A stretch of DNA of 64,000 nucleotides from Sphaerodactylus townsendi (taxonomy: Eukaryota): the NCBI RefSeq assembly GCF_021028975.2, contig NC_059439.1:23436001-23500000 (forward strand). The letters run 5' to 3'. Position 1 is the stretch's first letter, and the number at the start of each line of letters is the position of its first letter. Both the position numbers and the translations under genes were made by a program. Shown here one piece after another: positions 9,757 to 22,938 of the stretch. A model generated the notes under the pieces. That model had not been told where the DNA came from. It worked only from the letters and a program-made list of their open reading frames with translations, and did no database searches.

Positions 9757-9957
9757 GTCTAAAAGTATGTAACTGCACCATTCAGTCGTTGAAGTGTCCT
9801 CAGCTGCAACAAGATTCCTTCTGGCAGAGAAAATCTCTACCATTGGAAGCGGGATAACATTAAATCAAAGCATTCAGTTCTTTCTCAAAAGTATTAATCT
9901 TTTGTATTTGTTTTGTGTTTCATTTTTTCAGCAGGAGTTGACTGTCAGAGTAGCCTG

Positions 9958-10902
9958 ATGTTAGGAAATAAGACAAGGATAACAGAAATCATCCTTCTGG
10001 GATTTGGAGACTTGGCTGACTTTCAGATTCTTTTTTTCTTGACATTTCTAGTGATTTACATTGTAGCCATAACTGGAAACATTCTTATCTTAGTGCTTGT
10101 TATCTTTGATCGGCACCTGCATACGCCCATGTACATTTTCCTGGGGAATATCTCATTTCTGGAGGTTTGCTACACCTCCAATATATTTCCAAGAATGCTT
10201 TTGAATCTCCTGACTGGGAAAAGAGCGATTTCTTTCAGTGGCTGCTTCACCCAGTGGTATCTCTGTGCTGTTTTGATAGTTTCAGAAAGCTGTTTGTTCT
10301 GTGCAATGTCTTATGACAGGTATCTGGCAGTCTGCAAACCTCTCCATTATGCAGTTATGATGAAGACTCAAAATTGTGTCCAGTTAGCAGCTGCATCTTG
10401 GATCAGTGGATTTACAATTTTTTTGGTCTTGCTCATTCTGATGTTACAATTAAATTATTGTGGCCCTAATGAAATTGATCATTACTTTTGTGACTTCATG
10501 CCAATCTTAAATCTCTCCTGTAGTGATACCAAAATGATTAAACAGTTGAATTATGTTGTGGCTGCTGCTTTTGTGCTTTCTCCATTCCTTCTCACCTTGA
10601 CATCCTATGTATATATTATTGCTGCCATCTTGAAAATTTCCTCCATTACTGGGAGACAGAAGGCCTTTTCTACCTGTTCCTCTCACTTGATTGTTGTTTG
10701 CATTTTCTATGGATCTATAATTGCTGTGTATATGCTGCCAAAGGCTGAAGGAAAAAGAAACACAACAAAATTTCCCTCTCTTCTGTATATAGTGCTGCCC
10801 CCTCTTGTCAACCCTTTTATCTACAGCTTGAGGAACAAGGAAGTCAAAGAGGCTTTGAGAAATATCATTGGGAGGATTTTGCATTACAAACTCATCTCAT
10901 AA
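9958..10902 (+). CDS. Olfactory receptor (class II), intact, 314 aa
   Basis: ATG 9958 downstream of a splice acceptor; GN, LHTPMY, MSYDRYLAVCKPLHY, KAFSTCSSHL, NPFIYSLRNKEV. Confidence 0.96.
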   Translation: MLGNKTRITEIILLGFGDLADFQILFFLTFLVIYIVAITGNILILVLVIFDRHLHTPMYIFLGNISFLEVCYTSNIFPRMLLNLLTGKRAISFSGCFTQWYLCAVLIVSESCLFCAMSYDRYLAVCKPLHYAVMMKTQNCVQLAAASWISGFTIFLVLLILMLQLNYCGPNEIDHYFCDFMPILNLSCSDTKMIKQLNYVVAAAFVLSPFLLTLTSYVYIIAAILKISSITGRQKAFSTCSSHLIVVCIFYGSIIAVYMLPKAEGKRNTTKFPSLLYIVLPPLVNPFIYSLRNKEVKEALRNIIGRILHYKLIS

Positions 10903-11065
10903 ACTAGTGGATGAAATACTATTTATTGAAAATGTTTTATTTATTATTTATTTGAAATAATATTATTTATTTACAAGAATGTTGTCTGTTTTTGGTACAT
11001 TGATTCTGAAGCAACACTTTCTAATACTGGGACAGTTGAGCTGATTTATACCAAACACATATCAT

Positions 11066-11582
11066 CAGAGGTGGGATCCAGCAGGTTCTCACCAGTTCCT
11101 GAAAGTGGGTTACTAATTATTTGTGTGTGCCGAGAGGGGGTACTAATTGGGTCTGTTTTTCCATCTCCACACCCTCGCCTCCCCGAGAGGCATCCTGCCT
11201 TTGAACGTGAAGGTTCCATATAGCAATTGCGACTAATGATGTAACTCCCTGGACTGGGTTAATCCCTTTCAGGTACTGCAATTCATTGATTCTCAGCCTT
11301 TTGTACCTTTTATCTCACCAGTCTTTATCAAAGAACCTGTGTGTTTCACCATTGCTGTGTTCAGATTTGTGAGTTGGGGAATTTTCTATAATGTGATGAT
11401 AATTTAGAAATGACCTGGTGCAAAAAAAAATGGGGGTCATGGTGGGGTGGCTTACCATGTGGGGGGGCATCCAACTCAGGTTTTGCCCAGAGCTCAGGTT
11501 TGCCTAGGTATGCCTATGCCCCCTTTGCTGAGGCGGGGCTGGCGAGGGAACCTGTTAATAAAATTTTTGGATCCCACCACTG
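11066..11582. mobile_element. hAT-type MITE
   Basis: TIRs CAGAGGTGGGATCCA / TGGATCCCACCACTG; perfect 8-bp TSD CATATCAT. Confidence 0.88.
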
Positions 11583-11625
11583 CATATCATCCACTGTATA
11601 TTTTAATGTAATCTTTCTTATGTAT

Positions 11626-11887
11626 TGTCGAAGGCTTTCACGGCTGGATTCAACTGGTTCTGGTGCATTTTCCGGGCTGTGTGGCCATGATCTGGTGGAT
11701 CTTGTACCTAATATTTCGCCTGCATCTCTGGCTGGCATCTTCAGAGGTGTATCACAGAGAAAGGTGTAAAACAGACTTTTCTCACTGAAACACCACTGAA
11801 GATGCCAGCCACAGATGCAGGCAAAATGGTAGGAACAAGATCCACCAGACCACGGCTCCACAGCCCAGAAAACCCACCAGAACCAGT
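11626..11887. mobile_element. Penelope-derived palindromic element (inverted pseudo-LTRs)
   Basis: Arms ...GCATCTCTGGCTGGCATCTTCAG / CTGAAGATGCCAGCCACAGATGC... form a long hairpin; related copies at 18618-18740 and 53850-54104. Confidence 0.7.
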
Positions 11888-12116
11888 AATCTTTCTTATG
11901 TTTCTTTGAAAACAGATAAATCAAGTGTTTCCCCTGTGGAATAAATAGAACTGTAATCTAGCATCCCTTTTGAAATGTTTCATTATTCCTATGGAGTATC
12001 AGGATTTTGTAGTCAGGTTTTTTTTCATGAAATTCACCCAATTTCCTTGTGTTCCAGGCGGTTTTTTTCTTTGCAGGCTCCATGATAGGCAACACAATCT
12101 TATTGTATGGCTAAAG

Positions 12117-12299
12117 CAGTGGTTCTCAACCTTCCTAATGCCGCGACCCTTTAATACAGTTCCTCATGTTGTGGTGACCCCCAACCCTAATTATCCATTT
12201 TACAGATGGAGAACACTGATGCAGAGAGTCTTAGGCGACCCATATGAAAGGGTCGTTCGACCCCCAAAGGGGTCCCAACCCCCAGATAGAGAACCACTG
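12117..12299 (+). mobile_element. SPIN (Space Invader/URR1-like) hAT MITE
   Basis: CAGTGGTTCTCAACCTTCCTAATGCCGCGACCCTTTAATACAGTTCCTCATGTTGTGGTGACCCCCAACC...GAGAACCACTG matches SPIN/URR1 ends as I recall them; TSD GGCTAAAG/AGCTAAAG. Confidence 0.88.
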
Positions 12300-12701
12300 A
12301 GCTAAAGGAATCCATCTTCCTTTTTATTACTAAATACAACAATCACTCTATTATTTCTATATAATTATTCTGTCACTTTTGTGGAATCACAGGATTTACT
12401 ATAGTCATTTTATTTCATGAAATTTAGCCCCATTTTCCTCATTAGTACAGCCTGTGTCCCAGATGACCTTTGTCTTTGAAAGCTCTATGACCTGTAGCAT
12501 AGTCTTATTGGGTGATTCGAGCAGACACCACTCTTTTTATCAAGAAAAAAAAATATTGTATGAAACAAGAGATTAATAAAAAGTCAATGTTAAAAAAAAT
12601 CAGGGGTATGATTTTTCAGGTGTGAAAGTCCAGTTTCCGAAAAAGTGAGCATACATGATTTGCCTGCAAGATGAGTGGATTTTCAGTGAAAAATCCTGCC
12701 C

Positions 12702-13108
12702 TGTTGTGGCTATATCCACAGAATGCATTGTGTGGGGAGGAGCTGTCATGACAGTTAGATCATGGTGATCATATCCTATCCAGCAGAGGTATGAGTCAGC
12801 AAGAAAGGAATGATCTGACAGCTAGAGAACAGCTAGCAAACTGGTTCTATCCAGATGCAATTGACCTATACAGAGACTGGTGGAACCATGTATATAAGCA
12901 ACAGCAATGTACTGTGTGTTTGTTCCTTAGGGAAACAAGTGCCTGGCGAAGCACTTTGTTGGATTGCTTAATATACTCTGTATATAGTATCTTGTACGTA
13001 GAGCAACTCAACGGTAAAAGCCTTCTGTTGAAAGAAACAGCTGTGTGGAGTTTTTCTTCATGAAGGTGGGGGTTTGCTGTACATAGCATATCTTTTCCTA
13101 CACCGTTT
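12702..13108 (+). mobile_element. Possible solo LTR, old
   Basis: Starts TGTTGTGG, TATA-like TATATAAG at ~12891, LTR-like composition; 3' end and TSD unclear. Confidence 0.3.
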
Positions 13109-13393
13109 TTGCCCTTCTTTTTTCACTTTGTACAAGGGCTGTGGCTTGCCAACACCATTTCCCATCTAGCTATTTGATGTATTTATACCCTTGGCTGTCT
13201 GAATTCATTCTCTTTACTTAAGGACATAAATGGTCACGCACCCCCAGCAAGAAACTGGCATCCCAATTCATTGCGCAGTTGCAAAATTCACTTATTTTGT
13301 TGACCCTTTTTAAAGCTTTGATGCACCCTGGGGTTAACCTCCTGGCCATTTTAGATCCTGCCTCATCAAAGGATGACGTGGGCAGTTTTTCTG

Positions 13394-14118
13394 TTGCGTG
13401 TGGATGTGTGGAGATTCGTTCCACTAATAAAACCGACACTTATTTGTTGGAAAGAAATCGGCCACAGCCCAATTTATTTAACAATATCATAACTTCGAAG
13501 CTGGGCAAGCATAACAGAGCACATCCTGGCCCCCAGGCAGCAAACCGCTGAACCTGGTTATAGGGCAGCTCCAGCTGACCCCTCAGGCCCTTCGGACAGA
13601 ACCCCCATCCGGCACATCCCCCAAGGGAACTGGAACAGGAAGTTACTAGGTGCCACATGGATGCAAACCCAATTTGTGACACCCCTTCCGCCGGGCAGTG
13701 AGCTCTCAGCACGGCCCCAAGGCTTGCCCTAACAAGCTCTATCACCACCTCGGACCTCATATGGAGGCCCCCAATGTGGGAAGGTCCAGCATGCAAGGTA
13801 CTGCCTTCCCCAATAGGATGTGCTCTTATGCCCAAAACACACCCAGTGAATTGCGACAAAGCATAACAATAATACCCAGTAACCGGATAAACAGGGAGGG
13901 AAGGGAGGGCCTTTTGTGGTGCCAGCCTCGAAGAGGCAGGTCTCTGCCGGAGCAGCCTTTATATGGGCTGCCTGGCCCCTGTCACATGGCAGTTCCAAGC
14001 CACATGACATCTCAGCTGGCCGGCAGGGAGGAGGCATTGCACTCCTTCCTCCCCCACCGCAACTGCGCTTCCCGGCTGAAGCCTGGGGGGCGATTTAGCA
14101 CACTTTCTACAGGCTGTG
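13394..14118 (-). mobile_element. TSD-less promoter/polyA element (Ngaro/DIRS-like repeat), subfamily B
   Basis: Minus strand: TATAAA, AATAAATTGGGCTGTGGCC, ends CATCCACACGCAA; homologous to 49583-49848; 5' boundary approximate. Confidence 0.6.
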
Positions 14119-14876
14119 CATGGGCAAAAATCCGAGTTAGTAGCTAATAATGGCCATTCATCTTCTTATACATGCCTTTAGGGAGTTGATACCTTCATGC
14201 CTTTCCACACTAAGACTATCATTATTGGAATCATTGTTCACTTTGGCCCAATTGCTTGTGCTTCTTCCTGGATGGCTGAATTGCCACATAACAGATAATG
14301 GTGCAGTTGAGGCCACCAACTGTGGCAACCCTCTCATGGGGAGTGGCTAATGCCTGTGCCATCTCCTCGTCAAGTAGCTGCAGATGGTAGAATGACATGC
14401 AATTATTCAGCAGCGGGGGAGAAGGGCAAGCTTGAGAGAGAATAATCACCACATTCTGCTGCTTAGTTTGTGTTCTTTTACCCATTCTATGTAAGCCCCG
14501 CCCCCTAAGCCATGTGTGTATAATGACTGGTGGGAAGTTAATCATGCATGGTGATCAACTGGAGGTGAGTCACTGTCACCATGGCTAGCTGGAAATAAGT
14601 CATGGCCACTATGGCTAGCAGGAAGTGGATCGTTGACACCATAGCTAGCTTTTTTCATCTTGTAGATGACGTGTTTTTCCTGCCTTCTGATGGGTGGATA
14701 GACAGACATACACATTATTTTATTGTAATAGATTAGAAACATATAGAATTATATAGAATATATATAGAAACATAGAGCTAGAAGGGACTTTTAAAATCAT
14801 CTAGCCCAACTGCTGCATAACGCAGTGAATTCACAACTACCTCCCCTAGTATTATAATTCTCAAAATATAATAGTC

Positions 14877-15393
14877 CAGTGATAGTGAACCTTTTCGAGA
14901 CTGAGTGCCCAAATTGCAACTCAAAACCCAATTTTTATCCCAAAGTGCCAACATGGCAATTTAACCTGAATACTGAGGTTTTAGTTTAGAAAAAACAATT
15001 GGTCTCGGTATGCAAGCGCTATTCAGAAGTAAGCTTGGTGGCAGTCGGTGGCTTTGCTTTGAAGCAACTGTGTAACTCTTCCAACAGGTGTATCACAACC
15101 CTAGGAGGGTTTACTCAGAAGCAAGCCCCATTGCCAGCAACCAAGCTTACTCCCAGGTAAAGGATCACATTTTAGTTCTTCACATGAAAATCAGTGGGGT
15201 TTAATAGCGCTTAACAGGGTTACCTACACTGCTTCCCCCAAACTTGGTCATAAGTTTAATGCTAATAATCAAGCCAAGTGGCCCAGGCCAGCCTAGATGT
15301 GTGTGTGTGGGGGGGGCATTCTGTTTGCGTGTGCCCACAGAGAGGGCTCTGAGTGCCACCGCTGGCACTCGTGCCATAGGTTCGCCACCACTA
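14877..15393 (-). mobile_element. hAT-type MITE (same family as 9249-9756)
   Basis: TIRs; perfect 8-bp TSD TAATAGTC. Confidence 0.88.
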
Positions 15394-16353
15394 TAATAGT
15401 CCAAAGCTCATGTGTAAAGTCTTTTTGAGACAGCATTTGTTTCATCTATTCCATATAATACTTTAATAAGTGAAGCAACTTATTCTGAAAGCAACCTAAT
15501 AGCAAAAAAGACAGATTTGAACAAAATCACTGTTTAATGCATTAATGCAATTAAAAAACCAAAAATATATTAGGGAACCTTCCTGTTTCAAAAATCAAAA
15601 CACCCACATGCACCAATGCAGCTTGGTGAAACTGATGAATAGTGTTTCCAGCTTCACATCTGAAAATATCTGGAGAATTTGGGGGCGGAACCTGAGGACA
15701 GTGGGGTTTGGAGAGGAAAGGCACTTTAGTGGAGTATAATGCTGTAGAATCCACCTTCCAATGCAGCCATTTTCTCCAGGTAAACTGATTTCTGTCAGCT
15801 GGAGATCAGTTGGAATTGCGGGAAATCTCCAGCCACAACCTGTAAATTAACAGCCTTACTAATAAACACCAGCCAAACTAACAGTGAGGAGATTTTTTAA
15901 CATATGCCTGTCTAATTCTAAGGGCGCAAAATATAAACTTTACCATAGACAAAGTAACACATCTCTCGTTGCCAGCCAAGATAAGCAGCAGATGAAAATC
16001 ATGCGAACAGCCAGGAATCCTGTTCAATAACTATATTTAGCAGAGGAAAAGTGATCATTCCCACAACATCTCAGTTTTGTTACACGTTAACTTCAGCCCT
16101 GTTCACAAGTTACAATGAATGCACATACAATTTGAGTATGTACACTCGACTGTTCTTTCTGCCTAGATTAATTCTCACAGTACAGTCAATTCAGGTAGAG
16201 CTGAACATGTCAAAGAAACCCCATATTTATTTAGGTACTTGTCCCTCATTTCATGTGTACAATAAACACACATTAGTTCTCATAAGACATATGTAAGCAT
16301 GTACAGCCAGGATGTACACAATCACATGTGAACAGAGCTTATATTAACTAATG

Positions 16354-17298
16354 TCATCTGACTTGCTTTGTATGGCAGAGCCTACCAACCTTATTTCTCA
16401 GTGCATCCTTTACCTCTTTGTTTCTCAGGCTGTATATGAAAGGGTTAAGCAAAGGGGGCACAACTGTGTACAGGAGAGAGGAAAACTTTCTCATGTCTTT
16501 CTTTATTTCTTGCTGTGGTATCATATATGCCGTCATCAGAGACCCATAGAAAATAGAAATCACAACCAAGTGAGAAGAACAAGTAGAGAAGGCCTTTTTT
16601 CTCCCTGTAGAGGATGGGATTTTCAAGATGGTTGCTATGATGTGTACATAGGAAACCATGGTCAAAAGAAAAGGAGGGAGTGTAACAACGGCTGCCAAAA
16701 CAACGCTCAGCATCTTCATCAAACTGGTATCGCTGCAGGAGATTTTTAGGAGTGGGAAATACTCACAAAAATAATGATCGATTTCCTTGGGGCCACAAAA
16801 TGTTAACTTCAACATCAAAATAAGCAATATTAAAACAATTAAAAAGCCATTAACCCAAGATACAGCTGCCAGCTGGATACAAGTCTGGGTCTTCATAGTT
16901 GTTACATAATGGAGTGGCTTACAGATTGCTAGATATCTGTCATAAGACATCACACACAGCAAACAGCATTCTATTATTTCCAAGGAACCAAAGATAAACC
17001 ACTGGGTGATGCAGCTGCTGAAGGAGATCATTCTGTTCCCAGTCAAGAAACTCAAAAGCAGCCTTGGAAACAAATTGGAAGAGAAACAGGCCTCTAAGAA
17101 GGAGAGGTTCCCCAAGAAGAAGTACATAGGGGTATCAAAGTGCCGATCAAAGACAACAAGTGCAAAGATGAGAATGTTTCCCACAACAGTTGCAATGTAA
17201 ACGACTAAGAATGCCAGGAAGAGAAGAACCTGAAACCTATATATTTCTTCAAATCCCAAGAGGATGACTTCTGTAATCGTTGTCTGGTTTTCTAACAT
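16354..17298 (-). CDS. Olfactory receptor, intact, 314 aa
   Basis: ENQT glycosylation site, TPMYFFLGNLS, MSYDRYLAICKPLHY, KAFSTCSSHL, NPFIYSLRNKEV. Confidence 0.96.
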   Translation of the reverse strand: MLENQTTITEVILLGFEEIYRFQVLLFLAFLVVYIATVVGNILIFALVVFDRHFDTPMYFFLGNLSFLEACFSSNLFPRLLLSFLTGNRMISFSSCITQWFIFGSLEIIECCLLCVMSYDRYLAICKPLHYVTTMKTQTCIQLAAVSWVNGFLIVLILLILMLKLTFCGPKEIDHYFCEYFPLLKISCSDTSLMKMLSVVLAAVVTLPPFLLTMVSYVHIIATILKIPSSTGRKKAFSTCSSHLVVISIFYGSLMTAYMIPQQEIKKDMRKFSSLLYTVVPPLLNPFIYSLRNKEVKDALRNKVGRLCHTKQVR

Positions 17299-17938
17299 TA
17301 TTACAAGAGTGATATTTCTGTCCTTGTGGTGGTCTGATCAACGTGATGTTGAGCAGAATTTGGCAGACAGGCACTGGTAACAGGCAACTTCAATGATCAT
17401 TCTTCCCAATTACACTCTCCAGTTCTTGTGCTGGTATGGAGGGGAGCTGAGGAACCAGAAGTCCTCTTTATCGCTCTCTTCTGATTTCTGTGTCAGGAAA
17501 AATGTAATGATCTTTGCACAGTTTAATCTTCAGGTTACATGATGTTACCTAAGATGAGAGGGGCACAGGACATGATGTATTTATGATGTGTCTTTATATC
17601 TAGTCTTTCTCTGAAGAATGCAGGGCAACACACATTTATCTCTTCCTCTCATTATGATAATGTTATAAAGTTAGGCTAAGAGAACGTGAAGTGGCTGAGG
17701 ACTCTTAGGCCATGTCAGGACTTGAACCAGCTGACAACACCAGATTTTCAAATCCCTTGAGATCTGGGGGTGGAGTCTAGTGAGGGCAAAATTTTTGGAG
17801 AGACCTCATTGGGGTGCAGTTCCACATAATCCACACTTAAAAGCGGTCATTTTCTCTAGGGAAACTGATCGGCAGAGAGCAGTTATAATTCCAGGAAATC
17901 CCAGGCCCACCATTTTAGTCTCATATCCTTTTCACTTT

Positions 17939-18078
17939 GGCTCCTTCCGCACATGCAAAATAATGCGTTTTCAAACCACTTTCACAACTGTTTGCAAGTG
18001 GATTTTGCAATTCCGCACAGCTTCAAAGAGCACTGAAAGCAGTTTGAAAGTGCATTATTCTGCATGTGCGGAATGAGC
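17939..18078. mobile_element. Palindromic PIF/Harbinger-type MITE
   Basis: TTCCGCACATGCAAAATAATGC...GCATTATTCTGCATGTGCGGAA; same family at 33124, 35527, 38264, 55722. Confidence 0.75.
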
Positions 18079-20567
18079 TTTTGTTACAAGTGATAGTTTG
18101 TGTGATTTGCACCCAATAGCTAGCAGTACAAATATATTATATTATTCATGAACTAAATAAAACTTTTTCTTGACATGAACCATGCCTTACAGTCTCAATT
18201 TTAATCTAAAACTAAGTATGAACTATTACTCTAAACAATTCAATCTTGTCCTTGATACTGAGTCTTACATTCTTAATGGAATCTAAGCATATGCTCTAAA
18301 TGAGTTCATCATGTTTATATGCTTTGTTTTTCAACATTTCAAGCTAATCAGTCACTGGCTTAAGACCTGATCTCAATGTCTTCTTGGGCTTCGTGGCTTC
18401 AAAAAGTACTATAGTAAATGCATAAATAATAACAAACATGTAGTCAAATGCCACTTGCAAGGGCTTACTATGCATAACAATGAGTTACACCACTGAAAGG
18501 CTCTGACTTTATACAGAGCAAGTCTTTCTCCATTCTACAATGTTTACATATTTTCTTGAAGACATAAGAATAACAACGCTTTCATATGCTAGGCTACAGA
18601 CTTGTTACAGGCATTAACGGGTTGTTGTGGGTTTTCTTGGTTGTGTGGCAGTGGTCTGCTGGTTTCAGCAGTTGAAATATTAGGAGCAAAAACCACTAGA
18701 CAGTGGCCACACAGCCCGGAAAGATGACAACAGCCAGCTGATCAAAAACTCCTGTTTCTCTTGATGTGGGCAAAAGTCTTCAATGAAGTTTAGTCCAACA
18801 TCTCACACAAACATTTTCATTTACAGAATACACTTCAAATATAAGGGGCTTTCTTTGCTTGAAAAGATGATATCCTGACTTGAAATTTTATCTGGAGAGA
18901 GAGAAAGAACCTGACAAAGTAGAGATGTTAAGGAAGGAAGCTGGTAGAATAATGGACAGTTACCTTTCTGAGAACCTTATTCAATGCTGGAAGGCTTCAT
19001 GGATCCATTCCTTTTGGGTGGACAAGGGTAGAAGAACACATTTTAGGATGTTTTACTCTAAGTCACTCAATAGCATTATTTCTTTCAATTCCAGGAAAAT
19101 ACACCTAAGAGCTTGCACCAGTTTTGATTGTATACTATGTTCCCCAGAATGCATTCAATTAAGATGTAAAGGTCTCTTCTAGTGTATTTGAATAAAAGAA
19201 ATTGACAATTATATTTCTTTTTGCCTGCTAATTAAAAATGCAGGTCTCGTTGCGGTGTTATCCTGAAGTAATACACTAAAAATAAAACTCAAGGGAATTT
19301 AGGTGATGAACATGAAAATGTAAATCTCCCAGGGTATGGGTTTTGTTTGTTAACCCAAACTCCTCTTTCACCTGGAAAATAGTCTTTCAACAAACACTAA
19401 TGTATTGGAGAGAAAAAAGACATTTTTATACAGTTTTCTCACTCTACCCTAACCACACTCTGTAGGTAGAAGGGAATCACATGTAGAGTTATTTATTTAT
19501 TTATTTATTAAGTTGTATTTATTTATTCAGCTTTTATACTGTCTTTTCCTGACAAGTGAGGCTCAAGGCAGCTTCCAGTAAATTTCCTAAGAATTAAAAT
19601 GTAGAAATACCAGTAAAATCTGCATTAATAAAACTTGATGGTGCTTTAACACAACAGGAAAGGGAAGGCTGTTAAAATTCTAATATGGAAGTGAAACAAA
19701 ATATAACTATAAATAGAGAAAAGGAAGGAGCAGAGGGGAAGGGAGAAAAGGAGAAGGAAGGAGGCCAACAAGATGGAGGCCACTGTTGTCCTCAACCATA
19801 GGCCAATTTGTCAATTTTGGGCTCTTGTTGGCATAAGAACTTTTTTGTTGTTCTCCATTTGCATGTTTTAATGTGTTCTAGATGTAATATGTTGGATAGA
19901 ACTTTGCCATTATGTTTGTTAGGAGTTGGTGTGAGGGCAATAGCGAATGACCACTGGAAAATTGTACTTTAAAAAAACACCTATTCAGGTCCTAAGGGGA
20001 TTCATGAGTAACTGTAGAATGTCTGGCTTATCTTTTGTGCATTAGGGTGCTATTCTTATAATCCAGTATCAGTTTTAGATGACATTTCTTATAGCAGGCC
20101 TATCCATTGGAAGTAACGGGGGTGGGGATGGGGAGCAGCTTCATTTTGTAAGGGGTCAATGTCGATGTCTACAACTGACTTGCACTTTTCTACTGAAGAG
20201 CTACAGAGATGGGCATTTGGTATGCTGCCAAGTTGTTCAATATCCCATAGTCATTACTAGTGAGTATGTTGGAGAAAATTATGACCATATTAGTGTGGGT
20301 TGATGCCTCCAAGAACCTGCAGGTTGTTAGACAGTAATGTGCTTGGATTAGAGTGGCCAACTTCCAGGTAGTGTCTGAGAATCCCCCAGAATTGCAGCTT
20401 ATCTCCAGACTACAGGGTTCAGTTCTCCTGGAGACCATGATGCTTTTGGGTATTGGACTCTATAGCATTGTACCCCACTGATGTCTCTACTCCCAAAATC
20501 TCCAGGAATTACCCCACCCAGAGCTGGCAATCCTCTCTGATGTTGTGAGAAAGATTTGGTAAGAACC

Positions 20568-21320
20568 AGGGGCGTACCTAGGCAAACTGGCGCCCAGGGA
20601 CAAAACCTGAGTTTGCCCCCCCCCACCCGGCGTATGGGCAGCCACCCTCCCCCACCATGACCAAACAATGATTTTTTGTACCAGCTCACAAAACACCTCC
20701 CACTCCCATCAAAACATATATGGCTCTCTCCCCACCAACTCTTTTCCTAATTTCCTAATTACAACCACCCTATGAGGTAGGTTGTTAGCCTGAGAAACAA
20801 CTCCAAGCCAGTGCAAGTGGGTATTAAGCATGTAAATCTCTCACAAATCACCCCCAGCAAAACATTTACCAAACAAATGTCAGCATCATCTCTCACATAA
20901 CACCTCCAGTGGAATCCACCCCCAAACAGCATCACTTTCAATGGTGTTTAAACTAGGGAGCTCAGATTCTTTTAAAATCTACCTTACAGGGAGAATCTGG
21001 GGTCCCCGGTTAAAACAAAATGGAAAGTGATGCTGTTTGGGGGTGGATTCTCCCCAACCCTGAAACAGCATCACTTTTGAGGGTTGGAGATTCAGATGAA
21101 ACAAATAGCAGATTCGGCTGGAATCTGGGCAAATTTGGGCACATTCGGACAAAAATTGTCCGATTATGTCCTGCCCAAATATGAACAAATGTGAATGCAA
21201 GGTATTTGGGCTTTTGGGGGGAATTATTGGTGTTTTTTTGGCTTGCATTTTTAAAGCTAGCGGCACCATGATTTCAGGGCATCATCCAGAGACTGCCCTG
21301 ATGATATCACCCAAGTTCTT
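20568..21320. mobile_element. Composite non-autonomous hAT-like repeat fragment
   Basis: CAGGGGCGTACC terminus; internal segments shared with 11400-11520, 52073-52620 and 58230-58700. Confidence 0.5.
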
Positions 21321-22938
21321 ACTAAGAACCTGTAAAGCTTGAGAGATCAATAAAGTGGGATCAAGGTTAACAAATGAATGGGACATATTTCATGAAGGAT
21401 CAATAGCAGGGAAAACCATATTATCCCTGGTGACTTTGCAACTTGAGTAAAAAAGGCATATGGAACAGAGCTGACTCAGTAATTAGCAGGAGTGGTCAAG
21501 CAGCAATCCTCCACCATCTTTCAAAAAGATGGCTAAATCTATCAATGTTGTGGAGAGGGAGATTTACATAAATTTGGTTTGTCAGATATAGCCTCTTGAT
21601 TACTTTTTTTCTCATTTCAAAGTAAAATTTCTCTTTCATTACTCTTTGTTTTCCCTTTGAAGAAAAATCACACCACTGTGTGGTTCTCTAGTAGGAGGAT
21701 ACAATGGTATATAGGAAGACAGCACCTGCCTCTGAGAATCTACAGAGTGAAATTCTGATATTTTGTAGAACCTTCCCCCCCCTGCCCTTCCTCTCTGAAT
21801 TTCTCTGATCCGAAAAGGACTCCACATTCCTTTAAGAGGGAAGTAATGGATTGTAGAATGCAAGGAGAAATTGGGTAGAGAGTAATTAAGAAAAGTTATC
21901 TTGACATTGCAAATTGGATCATAGTCCTTAATCTCCATCAATATCACCATAGTTCATCTCTGAGGAGAAGAAATATGGTAATATTTTCCCTTTAGACAGC
22001 TCATTATATGTATCCTTTAGAAGATGTACACAGCTAGCTTCCATTGCTATCTTGGGACATGTTCCCTGCATCTCTGTAAGATAAGTAATGGACCAGGTGA
22101 TATTGTATCTATGATAAGTCACACACTAGAAAAAGGTCAGCAGTGCACAGGAGGACTGAGCTATCTCCCGGAAGACTCCTTAAGATAGTGTTATTTTGGA
22201 ATTTGCCTTCTGGATTTCATGAATTTTAGAGCAGACAAGTGTCCTCATCTTGCTTCTGATCTCACAAAGGTAATTTAAAAAATCTGTTGCAAATGTAGTT
22301 CTGCTCAGGTGCCTTTCACTTCAAAGGGAATGGGCAGGATAGAAAAGACATGTAATCCAGAATAACCTAAAGGAAGTCCCATAGCAAAGTCAAATCTAGG
22401 CATTTTTTTCTCCATCAAGGTAAATTACCATGTCAGGTGTTCTATCCTTTCATCTTCCTCCATGGTTATTGAGTGTTTCTAAACCTTAAGGTCTGCAAGT
22501 CCATTAACATCTGGAAAATAACCTCAAAGGTGAGTAACAAAAAGTGGTGGGTGGGAGCTGATGATCCACATGCACAATCAGAGTTAAATACATAGATCTT
22601 TCCAGATTCTTTGAATCTGTTAAAATGTGACATATGTCTGCATGAATGGGGTTTCTTGGAAAAAAACACCCTGAATTTAAACTCAAACTAAAGATGCCAA
22701 CATTTCCGCAAGGTTCTTGAATGTCATTGGCTGACTTTTGCAGATCAAATCAGCTTCTGAAGGTACAAGATGGAGCCTGTTCTTTGTTTTGGAGAGGTGT
22801 TCTTCTGGATGTTCAACAAAGACATTAATTTGATGGCAGTGTCATTTCTCTGCAATGTTCTCAGTGCATAAAGTAATTACTGTTTGTTTAATGTTACAGT
22901 GGCTCACAGATCATTGTTTTGGTGGCGAAATTGATCGA

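Noticed and set aside
9913-9957. N-terminal extensions of OR ORFs (also 22855-22938 and 54345-54428) and of V2R exon ORFs
   Set aside because: They run through polypyrimidine/AG splice acceptors; true starts or exon boundaries lie downstream
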